A stretch of 57,849 nt of DNA from Faecousia sp. (GTDB lineage Bacteria; Bacillota; Clostridia; Oscillospirales; Oscillospiraceae). Location: NCBI GenBank assembly GCA_045601475.1, contig JAZRZT010000073.1, forward strand, positions 1 through 57,849, read 5' to 3'. Each line of letters begins with the position of its first letter. Positions within the stretch are counted from its first letter, which is position 1. The notes beneath the pieces were generated by a model. It saw nothing but the letters and a program-made list of their open reading frames with translations. It had not been told where the DNA came from and did not search any database. Shown piece after piece: positions 18,111 through 27,181 of this stretch. Made by a program: the position numbers and the translations under genes.

Positions 18111-21100
18111 ATGCTGAAATTACTGCTGGGCACTGATTGGGTGGCCAACCGTAACGCAATATTAGACCGGATTGCTGATGATGTGAAGCAGCAGCAGGGT
18201 GGTAGAATCCTGATAGTTCCCGAACTCATTAGCCACGATGTGGAGCGGCGCCTGTGCGCTACCGCAGGCGATACGGCCAGCCGTTTTGCGCAGGTACTGA
18301 CGTTTAGCCGTCTTGCCAGCCGCGTGTCGGATAGTGTTGGCCACAGAGCCCGGGAATGCATGGATGATGGTGGGCGTGTGGTGGCGATGGCCGCTGCTGT
18401 ACGCCAGGCACAGAGCAGATTGAAGGCCTATGCTTCTGTGGGTACGAGACCGGAATTCTTTGTTGGACTTGTTGACGCGGTGGATGAATTTAAACGCTGT
18501 TGCATTACGCCGGAGGATCTGAAAGCCGCGTCAATGGAATCAGAAGGGAGCTTCGCGCAAAAGCTGGAAGAACTCTCTTTAGTTTATGAGTGTTATAACG
18601 GCGTTTGCCTACGGGGTAAACGGGACCCCCGTGATCAAATGGATTGGCTTTTGGAGGAACTGGAAGACAGTGATTATGCGGCCCAGCATACTTTTTATGT
18701 GGACGGCTTTCCGGACTTTACAGGGCAGCATATGGCAATCCTGGAGCATCTCATCGCAAGCGGTACGGATATCACCATAAGTCTGAATACAGATGGTTTG
18801 GATACCACCTCACCGGCTTTTGAAAAAGCCTCCGATACTGCCGCACACCTTTGCAGACTGGCAAAGTGCCATGGTGCTGAGGTGCAGATCCTGAATGTTC
18901 CATCCCAGATGACGGTTACTGCCCCGGTTTGCGATAAGCTGTTCCAGGGCAGAACAGAGTCCGTTAAGGATGGTCTGTATTTGTACCGTGCCGATAGCGT
19001 ATATCAGGAGTGCATGGAAGCAGCGGAAAGAATCCTTGCACTGGTTCTGAGTGGTGCACGATACAGGGATATCAGCGTTGTACTTTCTGACCTGCAGGGG
19101 TACAAGAACGTGCTGGAAACAGTGTTCGGCCGGTGTGGTATTCCTGTCTATGTTTCCGGTACCGAAGAAATTCTTGAGAAGCCTGTAATTGCCACGGTTC
19201 TTGCTGCTGTAGATACAGCTATGAGTGATTTTGAGCAAAAGGATGTTCTTCGCTATTTGCGCACATCGCTGTCACCCCTGAGCCTGGAGACCGTGGATGA
19301 GATAGAAAATTATGTGATTCTTTGGAGTATCTCGGGTAAAAAATGGCTGGAGACATGGAAGTTTAACCCCATGGGCCTTGGTGAGACGATGACAGAAGAG
19401 GCACAACGGCAATTGGATGATCTCAATGATGCCCGCCTGACAGCCCTATCACCGCTCATTCGACTTCGTAAAGGGCTTTGTTCCGCGTCTAAGGTATCTC
19501 AGCAGATTCGCGCCATTTATGACTTTTTTGAAGATATCCAGCTTGCGGAGCATTTGGAGAAAATGGCACAGGAGTTGGATGCCGCCGGAAATAACCGGGA
19601 GGCACAGGTGTTAGGCCAGCTTTGGGAGATCCTTATCAGTGCTCTTGAGCAGATGTATGATGTCCTGGGTGAAACCGCGTGGGCACCGGATGTATTTGCA
19701 AATCTGTTTAAGTTGTTGCTGAGCCAGTACCGTGTAGGCACAATCCCGCCTGTTTTGGATGCAGTAACGGTCGGTCCTGTGAATGCAATGCGGTGTCAGG
19801 AAACAAAGCACCTGTTTGTTCTTGGCGCGGCAGAAGGTACACTACCCGGCTACAGCACTACTGCCGGCGTACTTACAGATCAGGAGCGCGTAGCGCTGCG
19901 TACCATGGGGGTGCCCCTGTCCGGGGATGCCATGGAGGGAATACAGAGAGAATTCTCTGAGGTGTACGGCGTGTTCTGTGGTGCCAGAGACAGCATTACT
20001 GTTAGCTGTACAGCTGGACAACCGTCATTTGTGTACCAAAGACTTTTGCAAATGACCGGCAAGGAATCTACGGAAATTGCGCCTGTTGGTCCTGCGTTGG
20101 TGAACGGTTTGGATGCTGCTGCTCTTTTGAAACGTTATAACGAGCGATCTGCAGCAGATAGACTTGGTATTGATCGGGAATATGATACCATGGCCCAAAG
20201 GTGTACCCACAGTTTGGGGGCTGTCTCCGGCGAGGCCGTTGCAGAACTATACCGCAACAAGCTTCGTCTTTCCGCTTCCCAGGTGGACAGGCAGGCGGAC
20301 TGTCGGTTGTCGTATTTCCTCCGCTATGGTATCGATGCGAAAGAGCGCAAGGCTGTCACGGTAGATCCGGCGGAGTTCGGTACCTATGTGCATGCTGTTT
20401 TGGAAAAGACGGCTGCAGAAGTTATGGATAAGGGCGGGTTTTCAGAAGTGTCCCTGGATGACACGCTTTCCATTGCCAAGAGATATTCAGACGAATATGT
20501 GCAGAATCGTTTTGCGGAATTGGATACGGAGCGTCTGACATACTTGTTCCGCAGGAACAGCGCTGAGCTTCAAATGATCATCCGGGAACTTTGGCAGGAA
20601 CTGAGTGAATCGTCCTTTGAACCGCGGTTCTTTGAGATGAAATTCGGAGACGATGGCCTTTTGCCTGCCATTGAAATTCCCGGACATGCCATGGATGCGC
20701 AGCTTCGCGGCTTTGTGGACCGGGTAGATGTTTGGGAGGATCACGACAGAAGTTATTTCCGTGTTGTGGACTACAAAACAGGCGCAAAGGACTTTGATTA
20801 CTGTGATATCTTCAACGGCCTGGGATTGCAGATGCTTTTATATCTGTTTGCGCTGGAATCTGCGGGGGATCAGGTAATTGGTAAGAATCCGACACCCGCG
20901 GGCGTACAGTATTTTCCCGCTCGGGCACCGTTGATCGCCGCAAATGGTCAACTTACCGAGGAAGAAGCAGATGCGGAACGAAGCAAGCTTTGGAAGAGAA
21001 AAGGGCTGCTTCTGCAGGATGAGCGTGTTCTGCAGGCGATGGACCCCAGTGAAAAGCCCGTCCGGCTTCCCTATACCAAAAAGAAGGATGGAAGCATCTC

Positions 21101-21362
21101 CGGCGATCTGGCGGACAGGGAATCCCTTGGCCTTTTGAAGCAGCATGTGTTTCGTCTTTTGGGAAAAATGGTTGATGAGATTGCTTCCGGCTGTGTGGAG
21201 GCGAATCCGTATACCCGCGGTGACAGTCATAATGCCTGCCGCTACTGCCCCTATGGGGCTGTTTGCCATGTGGCGGATGTGGAAAACCGCAGAAACTATA
21301 AAAAAATGCCTGCAGACCGATTCTGGGAAGAGGTGCGAAAGGAGATGAGCAGCCATGGCTGA
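18111..21362 (+). CDS. addB: Helicase/nuclease subunit B
   Basis: LSASQVD...C, LRGFVDRVD, VVDYKTG, LQMLLY, CRYCPY..VC Fe-S cysteines; SD AGGAGG; directly upstream of addA. Confidence 0.92.
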   Translation: MLKLLLGTDWVANRNAILDRIADDVKQQQGGRILIVPELISHDVERRLCATAGDTASRFAQVLTFSRLASRVSDSVGHRARECMDDGGRVVAMAAAVRQAQSRLKAYASVGTRPEFFVGLVDAVDEFKRCCITPEDLKAASMESEGSFAQKLEELSLVYECYNGVCLRGKRDPRDQMDWLLEELEDSDYAAQHTFYVDGFPDFTGQHMAILEHLIASGTDITISLNTDGLDTTSPAFEKASDTAAHLCRLAKCHGAEVQILNVPSQMTVTAPVCDKLFQGRTESVKDGLYLYRADSVYQECMEAAERILALVLSGARYRDISVVLSDLQGYKNVLETVFGRCGIPVYVSGTEEILEKPVIATVLAAVDTAMSDFEQKDVLRYLRTSLSPLSLETVDEIENYVILWSISGKKWLETWKFNPMGLGETMTEEAQRQLDDLNDARLTALSPLIRLRKGLCSASKVSQQIRAIYDFFEDIQLAEHLEKMAQELDAAGNNREAQVLGQLWEILISALEQMYDVLGETAWAPDVFANLFKLLLSQYRVGTIPPVLDAVTVGPVNAMRCQETKHLFVLGAAEGTLPGYSTTAGVLTDQERVALRTMGVPLSGDAMEGIQREFSEVYGVFCGARDSITVSCTAGQPSFVYQRLLQMTGKESTEIAPVGPALVNGLDAAALLKRYNERSAADRLGIDREYDTMAQRCTHSLGAVSGEAVAELYRNKLRLSASQVDRQADCRLSYFLRYGIDAKERKAVTVDPAEFGTYVHAVLEKTAAEVMDKGGFSEVSLDDTLSIAKRYSDEYVQNRFAELDTERLTYLFRRNSAELQMIIRELWQELSESSFEPRFFEMKFGDDGLLPAIEIPGHAMDAQLRGFVDRVDVWEDHDRSYFRVVDYKTGAKDFDYCDIFNGLGLQMLLYLFALESAGDQVIGKNPTPAGVQYFPARAPLIAANGQLTEEEADAERSKLWKRKGLLLQDERVLQAMDPSEKPVRLPYTKKKDGSISGDLADRESLGLLKQHVFRLLGKMVDEIASGCVEANPYTRGDSHNACRYCPYGAVCHVADVENRRNYKKMPADRFWEEVRKEMSSHG

Positions 21363-24300
21363 AAAGTTGACGCCCCAACAGGAATTGGCGGTGAAGAATC
21401 GCGGTGGAAAGCTTTTGGTATCCGCGGCTGCCGGCTCTGGTAAGACAAAGGTGCTGGTAGATAGACTTATGAGCTATCTGAAGGATCCGGTGGACCCTGC
21501 CAATTTAGATGATTTTTTGATTATTACTTACACAAAAGCTGCGGCGGCGGAGTTGCGGGGCAAAATCAGCGCAAAACTTACGGAGCATATCGCTGCTGAT
21601 CCCACGAATCGTCACCTTCAGCAGCAGATGCAGAGGCTGTATCTGGCGAAGATTTCCACGGTCCATTCCTTCTGTTCGGACATCTTAAAAGAGTTTTCCT
21701 ATAAGCTGGACATTTCATCGGATTTTCGTCTTGCGGACGAAAGCGAGGCGGCGGAACTGCAAATGTTGGCCGCGGAACGGGTGTTGGAACAGGCGTATAC
21801 CGAGGGGGATGAGGATTTCTTTGCCTTTGTTGACACCCAGGGACTCGGCCGTACGGACTATCAGGTGCCCGTAATTATCTTTGATGTCTATGAGCGGTCC
21901 CGCTGTCATCTGGACCCCGAAAAGTGGCTGAGTGACTGTGTGACTTCCTCCTGTGTAGAAGACCTTTCGGATGCGGGTGAGACGGTATGGGGCAGATACC
22001 TTATGGATGATCTGTTCAGTTATTTGGATATGCATCTTTCTGCCCTTCGGGAATGTGCTACCCGTGCGGATGATGCGTTGCACATGGAAAAGCCCGCGGC
22101 GCTTCTATGGGACACAGTAACGCAATTACAGCGTTTGCGTGACAGCGAGACATGGGATGAGATCATCTGTAACAAGAATATTGCCTATGGCACCATGCGC
22201 TTTGATAAGAAGTGCGAGGATGTGCTGCTTATTGATCAAATTAAGGCTGTTCGGAATGCCTGTAAGGACGGCCTGGAGAAGAAGCTAAAGACCTTTGCCG
22301 ACAACAGCGAGAAGGTTTTGGTGGATATCGGTAAAACCGCCGGGGCAATGCGTGGACTTGTTGCCATGGTACGCCGTTTTTCCCAGGAATATCAATCTAT
22401 GAAGAGAAGCCGCAGAATCGTGGATTTTTCCGACCTGGAGCATATGGCGCTGGATCTGCTGGTAGGAAAAAGCAGAACAGCCCCCACAAGCCTTGCTAAG
22501 GAGATCGGCGAGCGGTATCGCGAGGTCATGGTGGATGAGTACCAGGATTCCAATGCTGTGCAGGACCGAATTTTCTCGGCCTTGACGGAGAAGAAGCAGA
22601 ACTGCTTTATGGTTGGCGATGTAAAACAATCCATTTATCAGTTCCGTCTTGCGGACCCGGAAATATTTCTGGAGAAATATAAGACCTATGCCTCCGCGGA
22701 GAATGCAGATGTCGGGCAGGGGAGAAAGGTACTGCTTTCCTGCAACTTCCGTTCCTCCGGTGGAGTGATCTCTGCAGTCAACGATGTATTTTCTGCTTGC
22801 ATGTCTGACGATGTGGGCGGTCTGGAATACGGTCCGGACGAGATGCTCAACGAAGGAATCCCTCACATAGATATCGGCGAGCCGGAGGTGGAACTCTACG
22901 CCCTGGATGTAGTCTCGGATACCTATGGGGAGGAAGCGGCATTTACTGCAGATCACATCGTAAAGCTATTAGATGGTAAACACATGGTACGGGAAAAGGA
23001 TATTCTGCGCCCTATCAGAGCGGAGGATATTGTGATCTTGCTTCGTTCTCCGGGTTCCGTAGGCTGGCAGTTTCAACAGGCACTGGAGCAGCGGGGCGTG
23101 CGTTGTGTTAGCAGCAGCACAAACGATATCATGCAGTCGGAAGAGATTGTGGTACTGCGCGCAATTCTGCAAACCATTGATAATCCCTTGCAGGATATCT
23201 CCTTGATCGCTATGCTGACTAGCAGAGTATTTGGCTTTGGTGCAAACGATATAGCAAAAATTCGTGTGAATAAACGTCATTGTTCTGTGTTCTCTGCACT
23301 CAAGAAATCCGACGACGAGCGGGTCAAGTCATTTTTAGATCAGTTGTCCCGGCTGCGCTCCGCTGCCCAAAACAGATCTCTTACACAATTGCTGAATATG
23401 GTTATTGTGGAAACGAAACTCGATAGTATCTACGGTGCTATGAAACTTGGAGAAAACAGGGTAGAGAATATCCATAGATTCTGCCAGCTCGCGGCTTCTT
23501 TTGAATCCAATGGCCGGGGATATTTGGGACGATTCCTGGATTATCTAAATGCTCTGGATGAGAGTGGCTATGGCGTTGAAGAAGAGAATACCGCTGATGC
23601 TGTTCGGATTATGAGTATCCACAAATCAAAGGGTCTGGAATTTCCTGTTGTATTCCTTTGCGGCCTTTCAAAAGGCTTTAATAAGGAAGATACCAAGGCG
23701 CCTGTGCTTTGCGACCGGGAATTAGGACTTGGTCTTTGTTGCGCGGACCTTGTAAGCCGTGTAAAATATCCCACCGTTGCAAGAAGATCGATTGGGGAAA
23801 AGAAGATCCGGGATATGATCTCCGAAGAACTGCGGGTTTTGTATGTCGCCATGACCCGAGCCAGGGACCGCCTGATTATGACCTACGCAAAAGAGAGTCC
23901 GGAAAAGAAAATATGGGATCTTGCTTACCGTATGGATGTAACACCCAGAAAACTGCTGACCTCCGATGTCTCCTGTGCCGGTGATTGGGTACTTCTGTCT
24001 GCGCTTCTGCGTCCGGAAGCAACGGATTTTTACCGGAATGCAGTTCGCCCGGAAAGTGACCAGGCTGTTGGGATGCCTTGGCTGATACGTCTGTCGCAGG
24101 CCGGCAACGCAGAATACAAAACTGTTGTGGTGGAAGAAGAAACTGCAGAGAAAATATCTCCTTCGCTGGTAGATAAGATCGGCTGCTACCTCAATTTCTC
24201 CTACCCTTATAAGACGGCAACCCAAACGCCTTCCAAACAGACCGCCACACAATTAAAGGGACGAGAAAAGGACAAAGAGGCTGCCGAGAATACCCACCAA

Positions 24301-24855
24301 ACGCAGCACCATAGCTTTAGAAAACCGTCTTTTATTGCGCAATGTCAGGATACCACCGGTTATGGCAATCTCATCCACGGTGTTATGGAGAGGATCGACT
24401 TTGGTTGCTGCACAGACGAGGCGACGATCAAAGAGGAAATCAGACGGTTAGTGCAGGACGGGTATCTGGACCCAAAACAGGAGCAGATGGTGGACACGGA
24501 TGGTATTCTGAGGTTTTTGAACAGCGAAATTGGCGCTAAAATCAAAAACAGCAAGAACAACCTGCGCGAATTCAAATTCTCCATTTTAGACGATGCTGAC
24601 CGCTACGGAGAGGGCCTGTCCCAGGAAAACGTCCTGTTACAAGGTGTTGTGGACCTGGCGCTTGTGGAAGATGACGGGATCACAATCATAGATTTCAAGA
24701 CCGATCATGTAACAAACGAAACCTTGGATTCGGTAGCTGACAGGTATCGCCAGCAGGTCAGGACCTATGCCTATGCAATGGAGAGGATTTTTGAAAAGCC
24801 TGTCAAAAATGCTCTTTTGTATTTCTTCCGTTTAGGTGAGTTCTATCCTGTATAA
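21355..24855 (+). CDS. addA: Helicase/nuclease subunit A
   Basis: SAAAGSGKT, VDEYQD, GDVKQSIYQFR, MSIHKSKGLEF, LYVAMTRA, IIDFKTD. Confidence 0.96.
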   Translation: MAEKLTPQQELAVKNRGGKLLVSAAAGSGKTKVLVDRLMSYLKDPVDPANLDDFLIITYTKAAAAELRGKISAKLTEHIAADPTNRHLQQQMQRLYLAKISTVHSFCSDILKEFSYKLDISSDFRLADESEAAELQMLAAERVLEQAYTEGDEDFFAFVDTQGLGRTDYQVPVIIFDVYERSRCHLDPEKWLSDCVTSSCVEDLSDAGETVWGRYLMDDLFSYLDMHLSALRECATRADDALHMEKPAALLWDTVTQLQRLRDSETWDEIICNKNIAYGTMRFDKKCEDVLLIDQIKAVRNACKDGLEKKLKTFADNSEKVLVDIGKTAGAMRGLVAMVRRFSQEYQSMKRSRRIVDFSDLEHMALDLLVGKSRTAPTSLAKEIGERYREVMVDEYQDSNAVQDRIFSALTEKKQNCFMVGDVKQSIYQFRLADPEIFLEKYKTYASAENADVGQGRKVLLSCNFRSSGGVISAVNDVFSACMSDDVGGLEYGPDEMLNEGIPHIDIGEPEVELYALDVVSDTYGEEAAFTADHIVKLLDGKHMVREKDILRPIRAEDIVILLRSPGSVGWQFQQALEQRGVRCVSSSTNDIMQSEEIVVLRAILQTIDNPLQDISLIAMLTSRVFGFGANDIAKIRVNKRHCSVFSALKKSDDERVKSFLDQLSRLRSAAQNRSLTQLLNMVIVETKLDSIYGAMKLGENRVENIHRFCQLAASFESNGRGYLGRFLDYLNALDESGYGVEEENTADAVRIMSIHKSKGLEFPVVFLCGLSKGFNKEDTKAPVLCDRELGLGLCCADLVSRVKYPTVARRSIGEKKIRDMISEELRVLYVAMTRARDRLIMTYAKESPEKKIWDLAYRMDVTPRKLLTSDVSCAGDWVLLSALLRPEATDFYRNAVRPESDQAVGMPWLIRLSQAGNAEYKTVVVEEETAEKISPSLVDKIGCYLNFSYPYKTATQTPSKQTATQLKGREKDKEAAENTHQTQHHSFRKPSFIAQCQDTTGYGNLIHGVMERIDFGCCTDEATIKEEIRRLVQDGYLDPKQEQMVDTDGILRFLNSEIGAKIKNSKNNLREFKFSILDDADRYGEGLSQENVLLQGVVDLALVEDDGITIIDFKTDHVTNETLDSVADRYRQQVRTYAYAMERIFEKPVKNALLYFFRLGEFYPV

Positions 24856-24856
24856 A

Positions 24857-24894
24857 ATATCCGCCGAAGAGGTAATCTCTTCGGCGGATGTTCT
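24857..24894. terminator. Bidirectional terminator between addA and the N/Q microprotein
   Basis: ATATCCGCCGAAGAG-gtaat-CTCTTCGGCGGATGT. Confidence 0.85.
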
Positions 24895-25017
24895 TTAGCG
24901 GTTGTTGGAGTTCTGCTGATTCTGGTTGCTACGGTTCTGGTTGTTCTGGTTGTTCTGGTTGTTCTGGTTGTTCTGATTGTTCTGGTTGTTCTGCTGATTC
25001 TTGTTCTGGTTATTCAT
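24895..25017 (-). CDS. 40-aa Asn/Gln-rich microprotein MNNQNKNQQNNQNNQNNQNNQNNQNNQNRSNQNQQNSNNR
   Basis: SD GGAGGG (25026-25031), ATG 25017, TAA 24895 immediately before a terminator; synonymous AAT/AAC variation inside the 9-bp repeat. Confidence 0.8.
   Translation of the reverse strand: MNNQNKNQQNNQNNQNNQNNQNNQNNQNRSNQNQQNSNNR
24934..24993. repeat. 9-bp tandem repeat (GTTCTGGTT)n coding NQN on the minus strand
   Basis: About six near-perfect units read directly from the sequence. Confidence 0.9.
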
Positions 25018-25078
25018 AGTGAAAACCCTCCAATTTTGTACTTTGCGACAGAGCCGCAAGAATAGATTGCCCAATTAT

Positions 25079-25435
25079 TCAGGATTTATCCTTCGCTTTA
25101 AAGATCAGACCGACAAGCAAACCGGCTGTGACGGCGGCGGTGATACCACCTGCAGTGGCTTTCAATCCGCCGGTGAGAATGCCGAGAAAACCGTCGGTCT
25201 TTACTGCTTCTTTCACACCCTTTGCCAGGGTATAGCCAAAGCCGGTTAACGGAATGGTTGCGCCGGCACCGGCAAAATCCACCAGATACTTATAAATACC
25301 GACTCCACCCAAGAGTACACCGGCAACTACATAACTGACCAAGATGCGCGCTGGCGTCAGTTTTGTTTTATCAATGAGGATCTGACCGATCACACAAAGA
25401 AGACCGCCAACAATAAATGCTTTTACATAGTCCAT
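25079..25435 (-). CDS. spoVAE: Stage V sporulation protein AE
   Basis: AFIVGGLLCVIGQILIDKTKLTPARILV, FAGAGATIPLTGFG. Confidence 0.95.
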   Translation of the reverse strand: MDYVKAFIVGGLLCVIGQILIDKTKLTPARILVSYVVAGVLLGGVGIYKYLVDFAGAGATIPLTGFGYTLAKGVKEAVKTDGFLGILTGGLKATAGGITAAVTAGLLVGLIFKAKDKS

Positions 25436-25437
25436 AC

Positions 25438-26451
25438 TTAACCTCCGTAGATTGACACAGCGTGGCACACACCGCTGATCGGCAATCCTTGTTGTACGGA
25501 GGTGGGGGAGAGCAGTGCGCCGGTACCGCAGAACAGGATGCGTTTTAACTTTCCGTTTTTCAGTTGTTCCAACAGATGCCCGCACAGGACGATTGCGCTG
25601 CATCCGCATCCGGAGCCGCCGCAGTGGACGTCTTGTTCCGACAGATCAAAGATCAATGTGCCGCAGTCTTCCAATTTTCCTCCAAGATATATACCACGCT
25701 CTCTCGCACTTGACAAAAGAATCTCTTTGCCCAATTGTCCAAGATCACCGGTGATGATAAGGTCGTAATCATCCGGACTGGAACTGAAGTCGGCAAAATG
25801 TGCACAAATCGTCTCCAAAGCCGCCGGTGCCATAGCAGCACCCATGTTATTGGCATCTGTCACACCCAGATCGGTGACTGTTCCTATAGTACCGCCGGTG
25901 ACCCGGGGACCCTTGCCGTTGGATTTCAGCAACACAACGCCGGACCCAGTCACTGTCCACTGGGCTGTTGGCGGCCGTTGACCACCGTAACCAAGCGGGA
26001 ATCGATATTGCCGTTCTGAGGACGCAAAATGGGATGAGGTCATGGCGACCGCATTGTCCGTAAAACCGCCGCCCACTGCCATGGAGGCCATTAAAAGGCT
26101 TTCAGCCATAGTGGAGCAGGCTCCGTATAATCCAATGTGGGGTATCAGCAAATTCCGAAGTGTGAAGGAAGATCCAACGCATTGGTTTAACAAGTCGCCG
26201 GAAAAAAGAACGCCAATATCTTCGTTACTGATACCTGTCTTGATCTTCAAATTCTCCAGAGCAAGAAGCTGCATCCTGCTCTCCGCCTGTTCCCACGTTT
26301 TTTGGCCGAAGTAGGGGTCGTTCTGCGTGGCATCAAAAGTATGGCCCAATGGACCCTCTGATTCTTTCTTGCCTGCTACGCTTGCCCAACCTGCGATCAC
26401 AGGCGCTTCGTCAAATTGGAAGCTCTGTCTGCCCTTTCTTAAACTTTTCAT
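25438..26451 (-). CDS. spoVAD: Stage V sporulation protein AD
   Basis: TWEQAES, GDLLNQC, GACSTMAES, SSHFASSERQYRFP, GGSGCGCSA. Confidence 0.96.
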   Translation of the reverse strand: MKSLRKGRQSFQFDEAPVIAGWASVAGKKESEGPLGHTFDATQNDPYFGQKTWEQAESRMQLLALENLKIKTGISNEDIGVLFSGDLLNQCVGSSFTLRNLLIPHIGLYGACSTMAESLLMASMAVGGGFTDNAVAMTSSHFASSERQYRFPLGYGGQRPPTAQWTVTGSGVVLLKSNGKGPRVTGGTIGTVTDLGVTDANNMGAAMAPAALETICAHFADFSSSPDDYDLIITGDLGQLGKEILLSSARERGIYLGGKLEDCGTLIFDLSEQDVHCGGSGCGCSAIVLCGHLLEQLKNGKLKRILFCGTGALLSPTSVQQGLPISGVCHAVSIYGG

Positions 26452-26497
26452 ACGGCACCTCCATGATGCCAGTATGTGCAAATCTTCGTAAAATATA

Positions 26498-26528
26498 AAA
26501 AACCTGCTGATTTCTCAGCAGGTTTTTG
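26498..26528. terminator. Intrinsic terminator
   Basis: AAAAACCTGCTGA-tttc-TCAGCAGGTTTTT. Confidence 0.8.
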
Positions 26529-26531
26529 TAT

Positions 26532-26819
26532 TTACTTTCCGGCCAGAGCTCGTTCCAGCCAAACGCAGCCAAAGTCAAGGGCTGTGTATAGACCTGCCTT
26601 TTCACCCTTCTTGAGCACGCGGTCGCGGCTTTTTACAGAGGGGTCGGTCAGGTGCAGCTGAACAGACACTTTAGAAGCGATCTGAACGCCGCCCACATCC
26701 TTGGTCTCCAGGATCTGCAGCATTACGATGTGGGTATCCGCCATAGAACCGTAATAGATCATGTTGTCCTTACGCATCAGGGGATGACCCTTATAGGTGA
26801 GAATTTTTTCGTCAGCCAT
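26532..26819 (-). CDS. Hypothetical protein co-transcribed with ireB
   Basis: 95-aa ORF with GGAGG SD directly after the ireB stop; genome-like codon usage. Confidence 0.8.
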   Translation of the reverse strand: MADEKILTYKGHPLMRKDNMIYYGSMADTHIVMLQILETKDVGGVQIASKVSVQLHLTDPSVKSRDRVLKKGEKAGLYTALDFGCVWLERALAGK

Positions 26820-26830
26820 AGGTACCTCCA

Positions 26831-27094
26831 TTAAGCTTTGTCAAACAGATAATTGCGCACCAGCTCCTGGAGAAGCTCATCCCGGTCCAACTTGCAGATC
26901 ATGCTGCGTGCGCTGTTATAGTTGGTAATATAGGTAGGATCTTCCGTCAGAAGATAGCCGACGATCTGGTTGATGGGATTGTAACCCTTTTCGTTGAGAG
27001 CATCAAACACATTACGGAGAATATTGCGCATATCGTCCTTTTCTTCGCCAGGAACTGTAAATTTGATGGTGCTGTTCAATGTATTATCCGTCAT
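26831..27094 (-). CDS. ireB: IreB/ReoM (DUF965) regulatory phosphoprotein
   Basis: [37 protein letters not shown] signature. Confidence 0.93.
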   Translation of the reverse strand: MTDNTLNSTIKFTVPGEEKDDMRNILRNVFDALNEKGYNPINQIVGYLLTEDPTYITNYNSARSMICKLDRDELLQELVRNYLFDKA

Positions 27095-27181
27095 GGGTGT
27101 GACCTCCTTCCAAATATTAGAGCTATTATACCCTAAAAAATGCGTGGTGTAAAGTCCCAGTTTTAAAATGCCGTTCGTCAG

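Noticed and set aside
24895-25017. Repeat tract considered as a CRISPR array or non-coding microsatellite
   Set aside because: No spacers; 9-bp in-frame units with SD, start, stop and synonymous variation fit a coding repeat
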